Below are positions 47,005 to 60,129 of a stretch of DNA of 64,000 nucleotides, one piece after another; the first letter of the stretch is position 1; every line of letters begins with the position of its first letter. The notes below the pieces were generated by a model. It worked only from the letters and a program-made list of their open reading frames with translations, made no database searches and had not been told where the DNA came from. The position numbers and the translations under genes are program-made. The DNA is from Eutreptiella sp. 'Long Island Sound 2002' (taxonomy: Eukaryota > Protista > Euglenida): NCBI GenBank assembly GCA_964036045.1, contig OZ038379.1:49662001-49726000 (forward strand), written 5' to 3'.

Positions 47005-48829
47005 TAAGCTTCACAACCATGACTCATTTTCCCCCAACAGCAGCTCTCCCTGACTAACATAGCAAGAGCTAGACCACAAGAGCATAGGGCACGGGCAGCC
47101 GTCACAGCAATGGCTGCAGTGACATCAACAATCATGGTACAATGGGGGCGGACAAAAAGAGTTGTTGGCCTGCTGGCGACAGCCACAGCGCCGGCAACAA
47201 GGCAAGGATGGTAAAGGCAACACGGATGGACACGAGCCCTGACCTCGAACCACCACCATCAGCAGCAGCCATTGCAAGCATAGGTATGACTGCAAACCCT
47301 TTTCCTCCACCTGTGTTTCTGTGTTTGAGCATGCAAGGACAAGAGCAAGGACAAAGTCAGGAACCGCCTGGCTGGTGGCTGGAGGACAAGCAGTGCGGCG
47401 CCATATGGTGGTTCACTTAGAATTTAGAATGGGGCAAAAGTAGGCAATGATAGAATAGCAAGCAGACAATTGCTTGAAGTTAATGCTTTCTGGTTTGAAA
47501 CCGAGCCATGTGAGACACAACTCCTGGTTCCTTCTGCTTATTCGCTTGTTTGAATATATTTGTTAATTGTGATTGCCTGCCCCAAAGCTGAAATTGCCTG
47601 CACCCATCTCTTTGCGCAATCTTCACCTCACTGTTTCATTGTACATATCCTCTGAACCAGTATGAAAACCCAGTGGTGTGCTTTCTGCTGTCGTGCAATG
47701 CATGCTGATGTTCGACGGATAGGCAGTGCAGGGACGAAAGGTGGTAACAGCCCTGTCATTTCTGTCTTGCAATAGCAATCAGCAAGCTGTTCCAACATGA
47801 TTTCAAAATCTGACCTACAGCAGCACCATTCCAGTGAGCTTGCGCATGCCACCTGCTGAAATCTTGGGGGGGGGGGCAAACTGTCTGGGGAAATATTACG
47901 TCTCTCTGGGCTGCTTGGATGCAGTGGACAGGGGGCGGGGGCAGAGGGAGGGGAGTCACAGAAGAGCACAACTACCAGAAATGACTGTGTGGCGCAGACC
48001 TCTTCAATTTCAGCGACAGAGCTCTAGCTCCCCCTAAACGACAGCATGTTTCAAGAGGTAAATTGAACGCCACAGGTTCACGTGAGCTCTGACAGGAGCA
48101 TGGATTTTTGTTCTGGACAAAAGTGCGAAACACACCAACAGGCCCCCCGAGAATGGGCACCAGTGCATTTGCATTTTTAAAGCTGCTCATCCAGCATGTG
48201 TGTCTCAGTAACAGGAGCTGTCTCACAACTTCCCAGCATTAAAAAAAGTTTTGAGATGTTCCATGGAAAGCACATGAGGATGTTGCCAAAATGTCTCGGA
48301 ACCCCATCTTGAAGAAGGTCGGATCAAGCGCAGAGGTGAGCATCATATACCACCCCTTCCTTTTGGGGAGGGTTCACGTAGCATACCCTAACATATGAAA
48401 TTGCATGTTTACTCCTTTGCAAAATCATCGACTTGAGAGACCAAAGGATGCCTAAATTAATTTTCTATTTTTTGACCCCTCACACCCCCCCCCATTAGCT
48501 AGGAACTGCTTTTTGAGGGGGGCAGGGGTTCACGAGGGAATCTGGTTGATACATCATGGAATTTGTGTGCAGCGTCATTTTTGAGCACAAATCGGCTAGT
48601 GTATCAACCATTGGGGGGGGGGATTCTTCCGTGGTAGGCTAAATCTCACCCGTAGGGTGGGAACAAGTGTTGTGGTCGAAAAAAGTCACAAGGAAAGTTG
48701 AAAAAAAATGCACGTGTGGGACGAAACTCATGGTTGAAAAAGATGAAAAGCTGTGTGGACTATTTGCTTGGACCTAAATCCCGGTCCCATTTAGAATCAC
48801 GTGCGTGATTTTGGTTTTTTGGCGCCAGT

Positions 48830-48890
48830 TGCTCAACCAGTTGCTCAACAAGTTGGTAAACCAGTTCGTGAACCAGTTGCTGTTGAACAA
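48830..48890. repeat. 12-bp minisatellite (CCAGTTGCTCAA)
   Basis: About five diverged units. Confidence 0.7.
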
Positions 48891-49439
48891 GCTGCCGGTC
48901 TTCCATCACAAGTTTGTTTGGCAGGATCTTGCGTGTCTTTGTCTCTGTGTTGCCTTGGCATGTGTCTTCTAAGATGGGTTGCGTGAAAATTGGTGCATGA
49001 TTTCATTTCCACCATTTTCACTGAAATGTGGCATGCGTGAATTTATTTTGTTGCGTCGTTTTATTTAGTAAAGGGGGTTGAGCCCCACTGCAGGTGGGTC
49101 AGCTATCTTGTTAGGGCAGGGCATGGGGGTCATCGTTACGCAGTGGGTGGCCGGTAGCCCACCCCCAAGTACCTCTAGGAGGTGGTAGGGCAGCCCCATG
49201 CACGCTTGTTGTTCATGTTCGGCCGGTTTGAAGGGGTGTGTGTCTTGTCAACATGGCTCAAAACTGCTAGTGAGCTACAAACTCCACCCCCACTCTTTTG
49301 TGGGTGCCTGTTTGGGGTTTGTTAGAGATCTATTGGCAGGCTGGTGCGGATGGTTTGTTTGGTGTGGTCTAACAAGAACACGCCCAAAGTTGCTTGCCGG
49401 TGTTTGGGCACCATGAAAAAAAGTTGTTGTGCCCTTCTG

Positions 49440-50570
49440 CAAGATAGACACCCCTAGAAACAGCCCAGTTGCCCTAGAAATGCCCCAAACTACCCAAATT
49501 GGGGCCCACACCCCGGTCAACCCATGGAACCTTTGGCCTCCAACTCATTTGCATTGCATGGCGGCGCCTCCCACAGAGCACAGCAAGCACACAATTAGGC
49601 TCTGACAACCATGGCATTTTTGGCGCGCCCCGGTGCAAGATAAATACCCCCCTAAAAATACCCCAACTACCGTAGAAATGCCCTGAAAATGCACAATTCG
49701 GGGCCCAAACCCCATGGAACCCATGGAACCTTTGGCCTTCAACTCTTTTGCATTGCGTGTTGCGCCTCTAGACAACACAAAAGGTACACAACATCCCAAG
49801 ACAACCCTTTGGGCTCCGAAAACCATTCTGCTTCGCGGCATTTGCTAGATAGGTACCCCACACAAAACAACCCGATAACCGTAGAAATGGCCCAAAAATG
49901 CCGCGCACAGACACGGAAGTGCTACTCACACACCATACGCAACAGGCACTATACACATGGCTGCAGTAGGAACACATCATCCAATTGGCGCACGAAGCAG
50001 CAAAAAGCTACTAACAAAAGACAGCCCTATATTGGGATGCATCCAGATAGGCACGACATACGATCTACCTCATACGGAAACGACCACGTGAGCAGTGGGA
50101 CCCCACCTTGTGGGAAGTCCCGTTGCAGCCACTACCAAAACGACAAAAAGCGCACTGGAATCCAAACGAGTGGGAAATCCCTCTAGCTTGACCACACCCA
50201 CTTCAACGGGAAAACATGGGGGCCCAGCCAAGAGCTGAAGCCCGTATGCTTACCCTGGCACTGCTAAAATCTGTATTTGTCACTTAGCTCAGCCCACGTT
50301 CGATCAATGCAACTTTGGTCCCCCACCTGTTTTGCATTGCGTGTGGCGCCAAGAGAGTACCAAAGGTACACAATGCCCTAGGCAGCCTTGTGGCACCGAG
50401 TACGATGCCGTATTGCGGCGCGCCCCCCCAGCAAGATAAATACCCCCCCCCCCAAAAAAAACAACCCAATTACCCTAGAAATGGCTCAAAAAGCCCCCAA
50501 TAATTCCCAATTAGGGCCCCACACCCCCGTCAAGCTATGCAACCCCTGGTCTGACACCCTTTTGCATTGT
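49440..50570. repeat. ~205-bp diverged tandem repeat, interrupted at ~49910-50290
   Basis: cc(c/g)tagaaatg...ggggccc...atggaacctttggcc...tttgcattgc...gataaataccccc recurs about four times. Confidence 0.75.
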
Positions 50571-52219
50571 GCGCATAAGCACATAGGCGCACCTCATACA
50601 CAAACATGGTTTGAACCCCTCGCCAGTATCGGCAACGCGCCAAGTGCTAGATGACACCACACTCATCTCGCGTCTCACCAAACGGGGACTAGGAAATTGG
50701 AGAGTTTGGTGGCATGTATCAAAGCCGCGTTGTGACAGACAGGGCATCTTGCCCCCCAAAAACTGGATCCTGCCAATCCACAAACCGTGAATCAACCAAA
50801 AAAAGTCAGTGGGCCAACATAGGGCCCCCTCCGCCGCCGTGCACCGCGCCACGGTGACTACACCCACCAATGCTGAGGTTGATAACCTTGTGGAGGGGGT
50901 GCACAAGGAGTGTTTGGTTGACGAGTTCCATGATGTTGTGCTAAGGGACCACCTTGCACCTTGGCTAGGCTTGTGCGCGGCACAGTCACCACACACCCTC
51001 CACAAGAGCAATTTGACCATGCAAAAGTCCAAGACACCCCGGGGAGGACACTTAACTGTGAGGCCAACTCTGGCGTGTGCCCTCAACAAGTTGAGTGTGC
51101 TCTTTCCCATTGCGGATGGTGGTTGATTGCCACAACATACTTTTTTTGGGATTCGGATTCCACAAAGCAACCATAGACCCATATTGCATGTACCTTCATT
51201 GATTAGGCATCCAGGTATGGGTCCCTGTTGGATTGGACTAGGCTACCTTGTGGAGCCACAACTTGCTGTGTGCTAGCCCTTGTCAGCTGCGACCGTAGAG
51301 CCACATCCACCTTTTGGCCGCAAGGATTTCGTATGCAGCGCTAAAACCGGAGGTCGTGGCGTGGCTAGTTGAAAACTGAAGTTTGACACTCTCAAACTAA
51401 AGTTTTGCACCATGTATATACTACTCTTTCAGTTTGTTGTTTTCTTTACATTCACAACGGACCTAGCCACCCACCCGGTGCAAGTCAATCTCAGTTTCTG
51501 AACCGCTTCTGGAACGCCATCCGGAATGCTGTGACTCATTTGCTCTTGTGCATGCTATGTTCTTGAGGCAAAACTACTTTGTTGACTAAGAGCACTAAGA
51601 AAATGTCTCAGCGGCCACCTATGCACTTCCACATCTCCCTCCGGTTGTGCACCCTCCGCACCTCTTGCTCTACCGCACATAGTTCACTGCTGATGCTTTT
51701 ATGCAATAGTACTACATGAACTTGCCAGTGGTTGTCGCTGTGCGTTCTTTGTTAACTGGGGGGGGGGGGGGGGGGGGTAGGTGACTACCACTCAAACACC
51801 CAACCCCTCCCTCATCCAGTGTTATGGATTGCGACCCGCACCAAAGATAGGAGCAGGGAGGCAAAGGTCGAGCACCCTCACACCTTGTGTTAGCGGCATC
51901 GGAGAGTCTCAAGTTTGATGAGATACTGGATTCGTCTGCAAACCAGGACTACAACAAAGCCCTATTTGTTACGCCTTTCCTCGAGTTGGTATTTGCTCAA
52001 TACACGTGTGCAACAGGTGTTACTACAAAAGGGGCCACACACCGCACACAAACGGTTTGGCTCAAGCGGTGTTTGCGGTATCGCTTTGAAGCACATAGGA
52101 GGACTTACCCCATTGTGCTAATTGTATCCACTTTAGACCGCTTCTGGAGGTGCCGCCCCAAGGAGTCCATTGACACCGAGTGCACCCAATTGTCCGCAAG
52201 CACTAGAAATACTACCATG

Positions 52220-52640
52220 AGGCCTTGAGTTGGGCTTATGAACTTCCACATTTCGGTGTGGCCCCTTGAGTTGGGGTATGGATTTCCACGCTTGGGTGTG
52301 GTTGCGATGTGAAGATCCTACATTCGTAGCTCTTCCCCGGCTCAAGGGCAACCCCAATACTTTCAAGGGCGAACACCGGTGCTTACAGAGTGCGTTCTTT
52401 GTTTCCTTTTTTTTTTTTTCACACTTCCACACTCCCAAGCTTTTGCGTGGACCCTAAATCCGGGTTGATGGACTCCCACGCTTCGATGTGGTTGCGAAGT
52501 AAAGATGCTGCATTTGGAGCTCTTCCCCGGCTCAAGTGCAGTCCCCAAATGTTCGGGGCCGAACGCCTCGGGTTGCATAGTGCATTTTTTCTTTCCTCTT
52601 TTCCGCATTTCAACGGTCCCACGCTCTTGCATCACCCTTT
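52220..52640. repeat. ~190-bp tandem duplication of an interspersed repeat family
   Basis: gtggttgcga...gctcttccccggctcaag occurs twice. Related pieces lie at 46540-46690 and 54330-54440. Confidence 0.7.
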
Positions 52641-54459
52641 ATGTTGGAAATCCGGCCCCCACGCCGTGGCGCCCCATGGAGACCATCAAAAGCACACAAC
52701 ATCAAAATAAATAACCCCTAAAAATAGTCCTATTACCCCAGATTTGGCCCAAAGATGTTCAACCCAAGGCCCGCACCTGACCCATCAAGATTGTGTGTCT
52801 TGTTGATCCATTCCTCGAAGGCCGGATACGTTAGGGTACCGCTATCCCACACTCAATTTCTGGCCCAAATCGTCACATGGAGACTGCACAGCCGGGGGAA
52901 CTTGTTGACATTGGTGTCCCCGTCAAACAATCATTGGGCAAACCCCTGCTAGGGATTGGCTCGTAATTATGCACAATCGGTGTGGCTTCTTTGGGGGGCA
53001 GTTTTGGGGTTGGCTTTGGGGGCTAACTTTGGGGGATGGAGCTGTCGCAACCGGGACAACGGGCACTGTGGCCGAGACCACGAATGAACAGTTGCGCCTC
53101 GGGGGCACACACTGATTAGGTGAGTCCATGGTGACAGGGGTTGGAACTCGGACCACGAATGGATTGTTGTGGCTCAATGACACACGGTGGCGGGGCTGGG
53201 TTCCGGTTGACGGGCACTGGGTTCAATATTTCAACTGGACTACTACAGCTCGGGGACACGTAGTGATGGGGTTGATTGCGGGCCCGGGGGCACTAAAGCC
53301 TAGACGACGAACCAACGACTGTTGTGGCTCGAGGGCACGTAGGGAGAGGGTGGCTTCTGGTGAACGGGTGCCGGGGCCTACCGCGCGAATTGACAACTGC
53401 AGCTTGGGGGCACCTAGTGATTGGATTGAGCGTGGATCCACGAATGCTAAGGCCTGGACCATGAATGCATGGTTGTGGCTCCAGGGCACTAGTGGCCAGG
53501 CTCAATTCGGGTCGACGAGCCCGAGGGCCGTCCTTCTGGCTTAACAATGAGTCTCGGGCCCTTGCAACAGTTTTTGGGTGCGTGCGGAGCGATGCAACCT
53601 TGTCATCCGTCAAGCGACAAAGGAGGGGCAGGGCCGCGGCCCCACATCCGGTCCTTTGTGAGGTCAAATATCCATCTTCATCTTTTTCCGTTCCTCCTGG
53701 TCTCCACGTGTCCGTGGTGTCATGTGGGGTCCTTGGTATGGCCGGGTCTTCGTCTTCTCATTCTTCCCTCTATCTTGTTCGCATTCATTGTGCGCGCGTA
53801 TTTTCCAAGCGGAGGCAAAGGGGAGGTTGTGGGTTCTTTGTCTTGTAGCGGGGCACCGCAAAAAACGCATGGTTCTTGGCGCTCAAGCCGTCGTACCCTT
53901 ATATCTTGTGTTCTTTGTGCTCTCTAGGAGGTGCCGCATACCATGCACGAGGCTTGGAGGCCATGGGTTCAATCATTTGACCAACTGAAGTCACCAATTA
54001 GTGGTGTACCTCATTGGAAGTGTGGGGCAACTACGAGCTTAGGGATCATGACATAGTCCACGGATAGCTCAAGTTACTTGGAGGTGAAAACCTCAAGGGC
54101 AATGAGAAATGTGATTGTGAGGCAAAGCCCCATGGTGATGGCATCTCCGTTGAAAGTTGTGGAACTGTGCTGCCAGCAAGCCTTTCACCAGTCCTAAAGG
54201 CCACTACTTTTGCATTGTGGTCCCTCGTGGACATACCTGTAGTAGCTTGCGCGTGTCATCTTTTGGGGGTAACGCCTCACCCTAGTTGCTTTCATACATT
54301 CAGTCAAAATTTGCACCCCATGGCGCAGTGGCTGCTGTGTGGCCCCTTGAGTTGGGAATGCGGATTCCCACGCTTTTGCTAGCCCCTTGACTTGGGGATA
54401 CCAACTCCTACACTTTGGTGTAGCCGCTGTAGTTGGGGTACCAACCCCCACGCACTATT

Positions 54460-56930
54460 TATTCTTTGGCTTTGGGCCTTGATAGCTTGGGAATGGTGTT
54501 ACCCTTTATTGCACAACCAGAGGACCGGGGGGGCTATGGACTAGTTATGCCCCATACATACTTGTACTGGCAAAATGCGGTGGCGTTTGTGTCCTATGTT
54601 ACACTTTTTGTTTCACTGTTGCCGGCCGTCGTTGTGCGCCCATTTGAGCGCTGCTGTGTGGCAGTTGGGTTTGTTCCGCATGCTCAATATCTCCTTCTCT
54701 TGCAGCTGGTTAGAGTGCCATGGGCACACATGCCCTATTTGGCTTTAAAGGCTAAATCCTTTTCCAAGGCACGACAGGGGTTGCCATTGATAATGCCGGA
54801 GGATTTCAGTGTAGACTCCATGGCAGCATGGCACAATGCATTGTTCGTTGATAATCACGGTTACAGTTACTTCTCGCCCTCACTGGTTCGCCGGGGAATT
54901 TCACGGTTCTCACAGATTTTCTAGCATGATTCTTTGTCCGATGGTGTCATTCTGCCACCTTTCTTTCACATTGTGTATGAGCGTGCGCAGGGGCTTATTA
55001 CTGATGCGCGCCACAGGCGGTGTCCTAGGCCCTTTTACACGGTTATCAGCATGTGGTCTGGGTGGTTTAGTGCGGCCATGGTGCGGTACCTCAATCAGCA
55101 AACAATAGTGGAGCGCCGGCAAACGGCGAAGACTTGGAAGGCTTTGCATTATGCCTCTATGACTCCCATTTTGCGGGCGTTTGTCAAGGAATCCCTGTGG
55201 CTGAAGTTGAAAACCATGGAACGCTTGCATCCATGCTTCCGTGAACCTATGTTGTGCCCCATATGTGCGGTGAAGGAAACTCATGAACATGTGTTATCAC
55301 AGTGTAAATACCTTTGCCTGGCGGCAAAGATTGTGTCACAATGCTTTGCTGATGTTACGGTTCCCGATGTACTGTACACGCCGTTTGAGCTACTAGCTGC
55401 CCCACCGGTTAGCCTGCTTCAATCATCCCTTTCTGTAGTCTTGTGGGCTGCCCGTTGGGCATCGTGGCGTGTGCGATGTTTGGTGCGCGTGAGGCGTGGC
55501 AGTGTCCTACCGCATGCCATGTGGTCTTACTTCATCGGTTACTGGCGGCACATGCTTGGCCTTGTATCATCCATGCATGAAGATTTGTTTGGCAGTCACA
55601 ATATTGAATATTTGCACGCTCTGGAATCCCTGGATGACACCCGCACCCTCAAGCACCCCGGGATTTTGATCTCGCTTCAGCCCCACTTGACTAAATCTCA
55701 GGTCAAGGCGCAACAACGTCAGAGCAATAAGGAGGAGCGTCTCCATCAACAGCTCCCGTTAATTGGTTGGTTCCTGCAGCAAGGCTATGTCGCTATCTAT
55801 GCTAATGGCTATTCAAAACACTATGATATGATTCGTTGGGTAGGAGGCTTTGGAATATGTGTGCACACGGAAAAGCCCCTCATATATGCATATCCTGTGC
55901 CGCGGGAGTGTAGGCAGACCAGTAATGGTGTAGAGCTGTATGCAGTATGCTTTGTGCTCACTGATATCATCCCAATAGTGAACCACGACAGAGTCCTGAT
56001 TGTTATTGACCAAGAGTATGTGTACAAAGGGGCCCTGTGTGGTGCGCAAAAATGGCGGCGCCATGGGTGGCGTGGGGCCTCTGGCCTGGTGGCTGATTCG
56101 GGGTTGTGGTCCAAACACGTCGCATTGATTGAATGTGTATGAGTTGATTTGAAGTGGCGCCATGTTCCGTCGCATGTAGGAATTTGTGGTAATGAAAAGG
56201 CCAACACCCTGTCAGAGCAAGGGCGACAGAAGAACAGCATGTGCCCATTTCCAGATTCTTCGCCTGTAGAGTGTGTGGTGCGTGTTGTTGATGTGGGTGG
56301 TACCCCAGTGCTTCTCACATCTCCTGGATTTCTATTTACAAGCGAATCCCCGGCGAATGTTGTCTGGAGGGGTTTCCATTTTGTTTCCCGGGGTGATTCT
56401 TGTGTTCGCACGCAATGCAATTGGACTCATTGGTTGATAGTCCAGTGCATTCCGTTGTGCACAATGATGATGCCGAGCCGTCCCTGCAAAAGGTTGATGC
56501 CTCAGGGGAGTGCAGTGAGCAAGAGATGTTGTGTGAAAATGATATTCAAACTTCCCCACACGATGCACCGTGTACCCCGGAGCGCAGCTCCACCCCGGTC
56601 TACATGGTTGACACCCCTATTGCGGATGATTTTTCTATGAGTTCCTGTTATGACAACGACACAGAGTCCCTGCTTTCTGCAACTACTTGCTTTTCCATCT
56701 CTTCCGGGTAGGGGGTGGGAAAAAGATTTCCGGCGCCTCGCGGCGCCATTCTAGATTCAATTGGCCTTTGGCCCCTGGAATGGCTTGGCACCGATGATCC
56801 TGCGGGCCAGCTTGTATCCTTGCGGTGCCTTGTGGCGCCATGTTTCATTCCATTGTATGCGCTCGCCTTCGGCTCGTTTTGGATTGCGATGTTTGAGGTT
56901 GTTATAGCATCGGGGGTATAAAGTGGGTAA
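54460..56930 (+). mobile_element. 5'-truncated L1/Tx1-like LINE, copy 1: RT C-terminal region, CCHC zinc knuckle, RNase H, acidic tail, 3' UTR
   Basis: QPEDRGGYGLVMP, AWHNALF, CPICAVKETHEHVLSQC, IYANGYS...QTSNGVEL...DQEYV...HVPSHVGICGNEKANTL. In-frame stops are present. Confidence 0.8.
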
Positions 56931-56932
56931 TC

Positions 56933-57003
56933 TTCGTCATAGTACAACCGTAGTGCACTACTCCCGTGGGCTGGGGAGCGCTAGTTCGAGACCCGGAGCG
57001 CCC
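56933..57003 (+). ncRNA. tRNA-derived Pol III module A
   Basis: A-box-like TAGTACAACCG, D stem GTAC/GTGC, B box GTTCGAGAC and a 3' end resembling tRNA. Non-canonical anticodon arm. Confidence 0.65.
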
Positions 57004-57104
57004 TATACGGGCGGCCGGCATATTCTATGGAATAGCTTGCGGTGGCTTGAAATGAGTTGTATAGGTGTTGTCATCATAGAATACTTGGGTATCTTCGGGT
57101 AAGG

Positions 57105-59230
57105 TCTGCATGTACATGCGTATGTCGGGGCTGGTGCAGAACACACGGCACCTACGCTGCCCGCGGCCTTTCTTCTCAGTGTTGGGGATGTGGTCTAGTT
57201 GGTTTACCTCAGCGATGTTGCGGTACCTGAACCGGCAAACTGTGCCTGAGCAGCGACAGACTGTGGAGACGTGGCGTGCCCTGCATCCTTGTTCCATGCT
57301 GCCTGTACTTCATGATTTTGTGAAAGCAATGTTGTGGCTTAAGTCGAAGACCATGGAGAGACTGCACCCATGGCTGCAGGTGCCTATGCTTTGTCCAATC
57401 TGTGCAGTGTGTGAAACACATATTCACGTTTTGACCCAGTGCAAGTATTCGTGTCTGGCAGCCAAGGTAGTGGCCCAGTGCTTTGATGATGTGACGGTGC
57501 GGCAGGTCACGTATCCACCGGTGCAACTGCTAAACTGTGTGCCTGATGTGCTCCTGGGGTCTCCGTTAGCAACGGTACTTTGGTGCGCCGCTGGGCGTCT
57601 TGGCGTGTGCGTTGTTTGGTTCGTGCCAGCCGTGGTGCCGTGCTGCCACACGCCATGTGGTCATCGTTTCTTAAGTATTAGTGTCACATGTTGGGTCAGG
57701 TCTCTGCTATGCATGGTGGTGACTTTGGTGGGCATATTCGTGAATTCTTGCATGCTCGAGAATCCCTTGAAGACAGCGGCCGTTTAAAGCATCCTAGAGC
57801 CCTGATTTCCTTAAGCCCCCCACCTACCAAGGCACAGGTCAAAGCGCAGAAGAGAAGGGACAATAAGGAGGAGCGCCTCCAGCAACAGCTTCCCTTGATC
57901 AAGTGGTTTTTGCAGCAGGGTTACACTGCCATCTATGCAGATGGATCTTCAAAGCATTATGATGTGATAGGGTGGGTTGGGGGGTTTGGTGTCTTTGTGC
58001 ATACGGAACGGCCCCTCTCTTATTCACACCCAGTGCCTGCGGAGTGTCGCCAGACGAATAATGGCTCAGAGTTGTATGCAGTATACTATGTATTGACTGA
58101 CGTCATTCCCATCCTGGAGCTAGACAAAATTGTGATTATCACGGATTCAGAGTATGTGTTTAAAGGTGTAGTGGGGGCTGCTGCCAAGTGACGCCGTCAT
58201 GGATGGAGAGGGGCCTCTGGCCCTGTTGCAGATTCATGGTTGTGGGCTCGGGTGTTAGCATTGTTGGAGTGTGTGCGAGTTGATCTAAAATCGTTGCATG
58301 TTCCGTCACATGTTGGCATTTGGGGCAATGAAAAGGCTAACACTTTAGCGGAATCAGGCCGGCAACAGAATAAACTGTGTCGTTTTGCTCACAAGGCATT
58401 GGATTGTTCGAGAGTTGAGTTAGATAACCAGCCAGAAGTTGTAATGGTGTTGGATGCTACACCACTCCCAGCGTCATCACGGGTTTCATGTTCAGTCCAG
58501 ACACACCTGAGGACAGCATGGCACAAGGGTTTTAGTTCTTTGCAGGGTCAGGGTCAGGGGTACGGCGACACCTGAATTTTGGTGCTGCACATGATGTCTC
58601 AGATAAAGGTGTGGATCCCGATCTGCCGGTTGAAAACTCTATGCCGGTGGATTGCACGGTTGAGGATGAAATTGATGAGGGGGGGGGGGGGGGGGTAGCA
58701 CCCGCAGATGGTTCACCATCACCTTTGGGAGAGCTGGTCAGTGGCAATCGCACGCCTAAGGGTTGCAATATACCTGTGTATATGGTGGATACACCGGTGG
58801 CTGATGACTTCTCAATGGATTCTTCCTCGGGTGATGACACCCTTTCCATTCACTCTGATGTTTCTATTATTAGTGTGTCCTGAGACATGGACGCATGAGC
58901 ACTTGCCTGGACGCTATCGGCGCCCCTGGCGCCATGCGTACGCTCCTCCTTGTATGTAATGAATGTTTTGTTCATCTGTTGTGTGTTGTTGGGGCCGTCA
59001 CAGATTGATGCTTTCATCTGTTGTGTGTTGTTGGGGCCGTCACAGATTGATGCTTCAAACGGTTGACCACTTGTCGGCGCCTGGCGGCGCCATGTTGGCC
59101 ATAATTTCTTGGACTGTGTAGACAGTGGTAGGTGAACAATAAGCGCAGTGTGGATTCTATTTCATCTTAGCGGCGCCTTGCGGCGCCATGACATCAGGCA
59201 GTTATAGCAACGGAGGTACACAGTAGGTAA
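57105..59230 (+). mobile_element. 5'-truncated LINE, copy 2 (same family as 54460-56930, diverged subfamily)
   Basis: CPICAVCETHIHVLTQC, IYADGSS...QTNNGSEL...ITDSEYV...HVPSHVGIWGNEKANTL and PVYMVDTPVADDFSM. One frameshift near 57590 and a stop at 58189. Confidence 0.8.
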
Positions 59231-59232
59231 CC

Positions 59233-59303
59233 ATTGTCATAGTACAACGGTAGTGCGCTACTCCCGTGGGCTGGGGAGCGCTGGTTCGAGACCTGGAACG
59301 CCC
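59233..59303 (+). ncRNA. tRNA-derived Pol III module B
   Basis: Near-identical to 56933-57003, with A box TAGTACAACGG and B box GGTTCGAGACC. Shared flanks extend ~45 bp upstream and ~95 bp downstream. Confidence 0.65.
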
Positions 59304-59399
59304 GGTACGGGCACCCGGCATATACTATGGCATAGCTTGCCGTGGCGTGGTAGGTGTGTTGTCATCATAGAATATTTGGGTATCTTCCGGTAAGGTATC

Positions 59400-59990
59400 T
59401 CTTTTCGTGTGTAATGAATGTTGTGTCCGTCTCTTTTGTGTTGGTGGGGCCAACAGAGCTTGTTGCTTCAAACGGTTGACCATTTTTCGGCGACTTGCGG
59501 CGCCATGTTAGCCACTATTTCTTGGGCAGTTTAGACAGTGGGATGTGAGCAGACAGTGCATTGTGGGCGTTATTCCATCATAGCGGCGCCTTGCGGCGCC
59601 ATGACTTCATTCCATGTATGAACTCGCCTTCGGCTCGATTTTGTTCATAGCAATGTTGTTCATAGCTTTCCCATACTGTCGCAATTTGCATGATGTTTGA
59701 GGCCAGTAAGGTCTCTCTTTTTTTGCAGTGTGAGCCGTCTGTTTGCTATACGTTAGGGTACTTGAGCCCTCGTGGGCAGAGCCCATCCATTGATGTCTGG
59801 CGCCTAGCGGCGCCATGCCTGGCAGCAATCTTTTGCCTTAGGTGCTCATTATTTGTTGGCATTCATGTTCCGCCGACCATCACGTATCATTACGGCGCCT
59901 TGCGGCGCCGTGATTCGTTGTGCTGTATGGGCTCGCTTTCGGCTCAATTTTGTTCATAGCAACGTTGTTTGTAGCATTTCCCCTTATCAC
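59400..59990 (+). mobile_element. Third, 3'-UTR-only copy of the same LINE tail
   Basis: Matches 58950-59190 (gtaatgaatgtt...gcttcaaacggttgacca...tagacagtgg...ggcgccttgcggcgccatgac) and 56840-56880. Confidence 0.7.
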
Positions 59991-60022
59991 ATACTGTTGC
60001 AATTTGAATGATGTTTGAGGCC

Positions 60023-60092
60023 ACCATCGGTTACACACCAACCGCCATCAGTTACCCACCAACCGCCATCGGTTACCCACCGGCCGCCATTG
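60023..60092. repeat. 21-bp minisatellite (CCATCGGTTACCCACCAACCG)
   Basis: Three to four units. Confidence 0.8.
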
Positions 60093-60129
60093 TAGGGCGT
60101 ATTGGACACTCCGAGTTGTTTATTTTCAT

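Noticed and set aside
50535-53950. Assorted 100-215 aa ORFs
   Set aside because: These look like decayed mobile-element fragments, but I found no diagnostic motif to support a call.
56849-56867. GCTCGCCTTCGGC resembling the U6 5' stem (also near 59623 and 59931)
   Set aside because: It is part of the repeated LINE 3' UTR and has no downstream U6 sequence.
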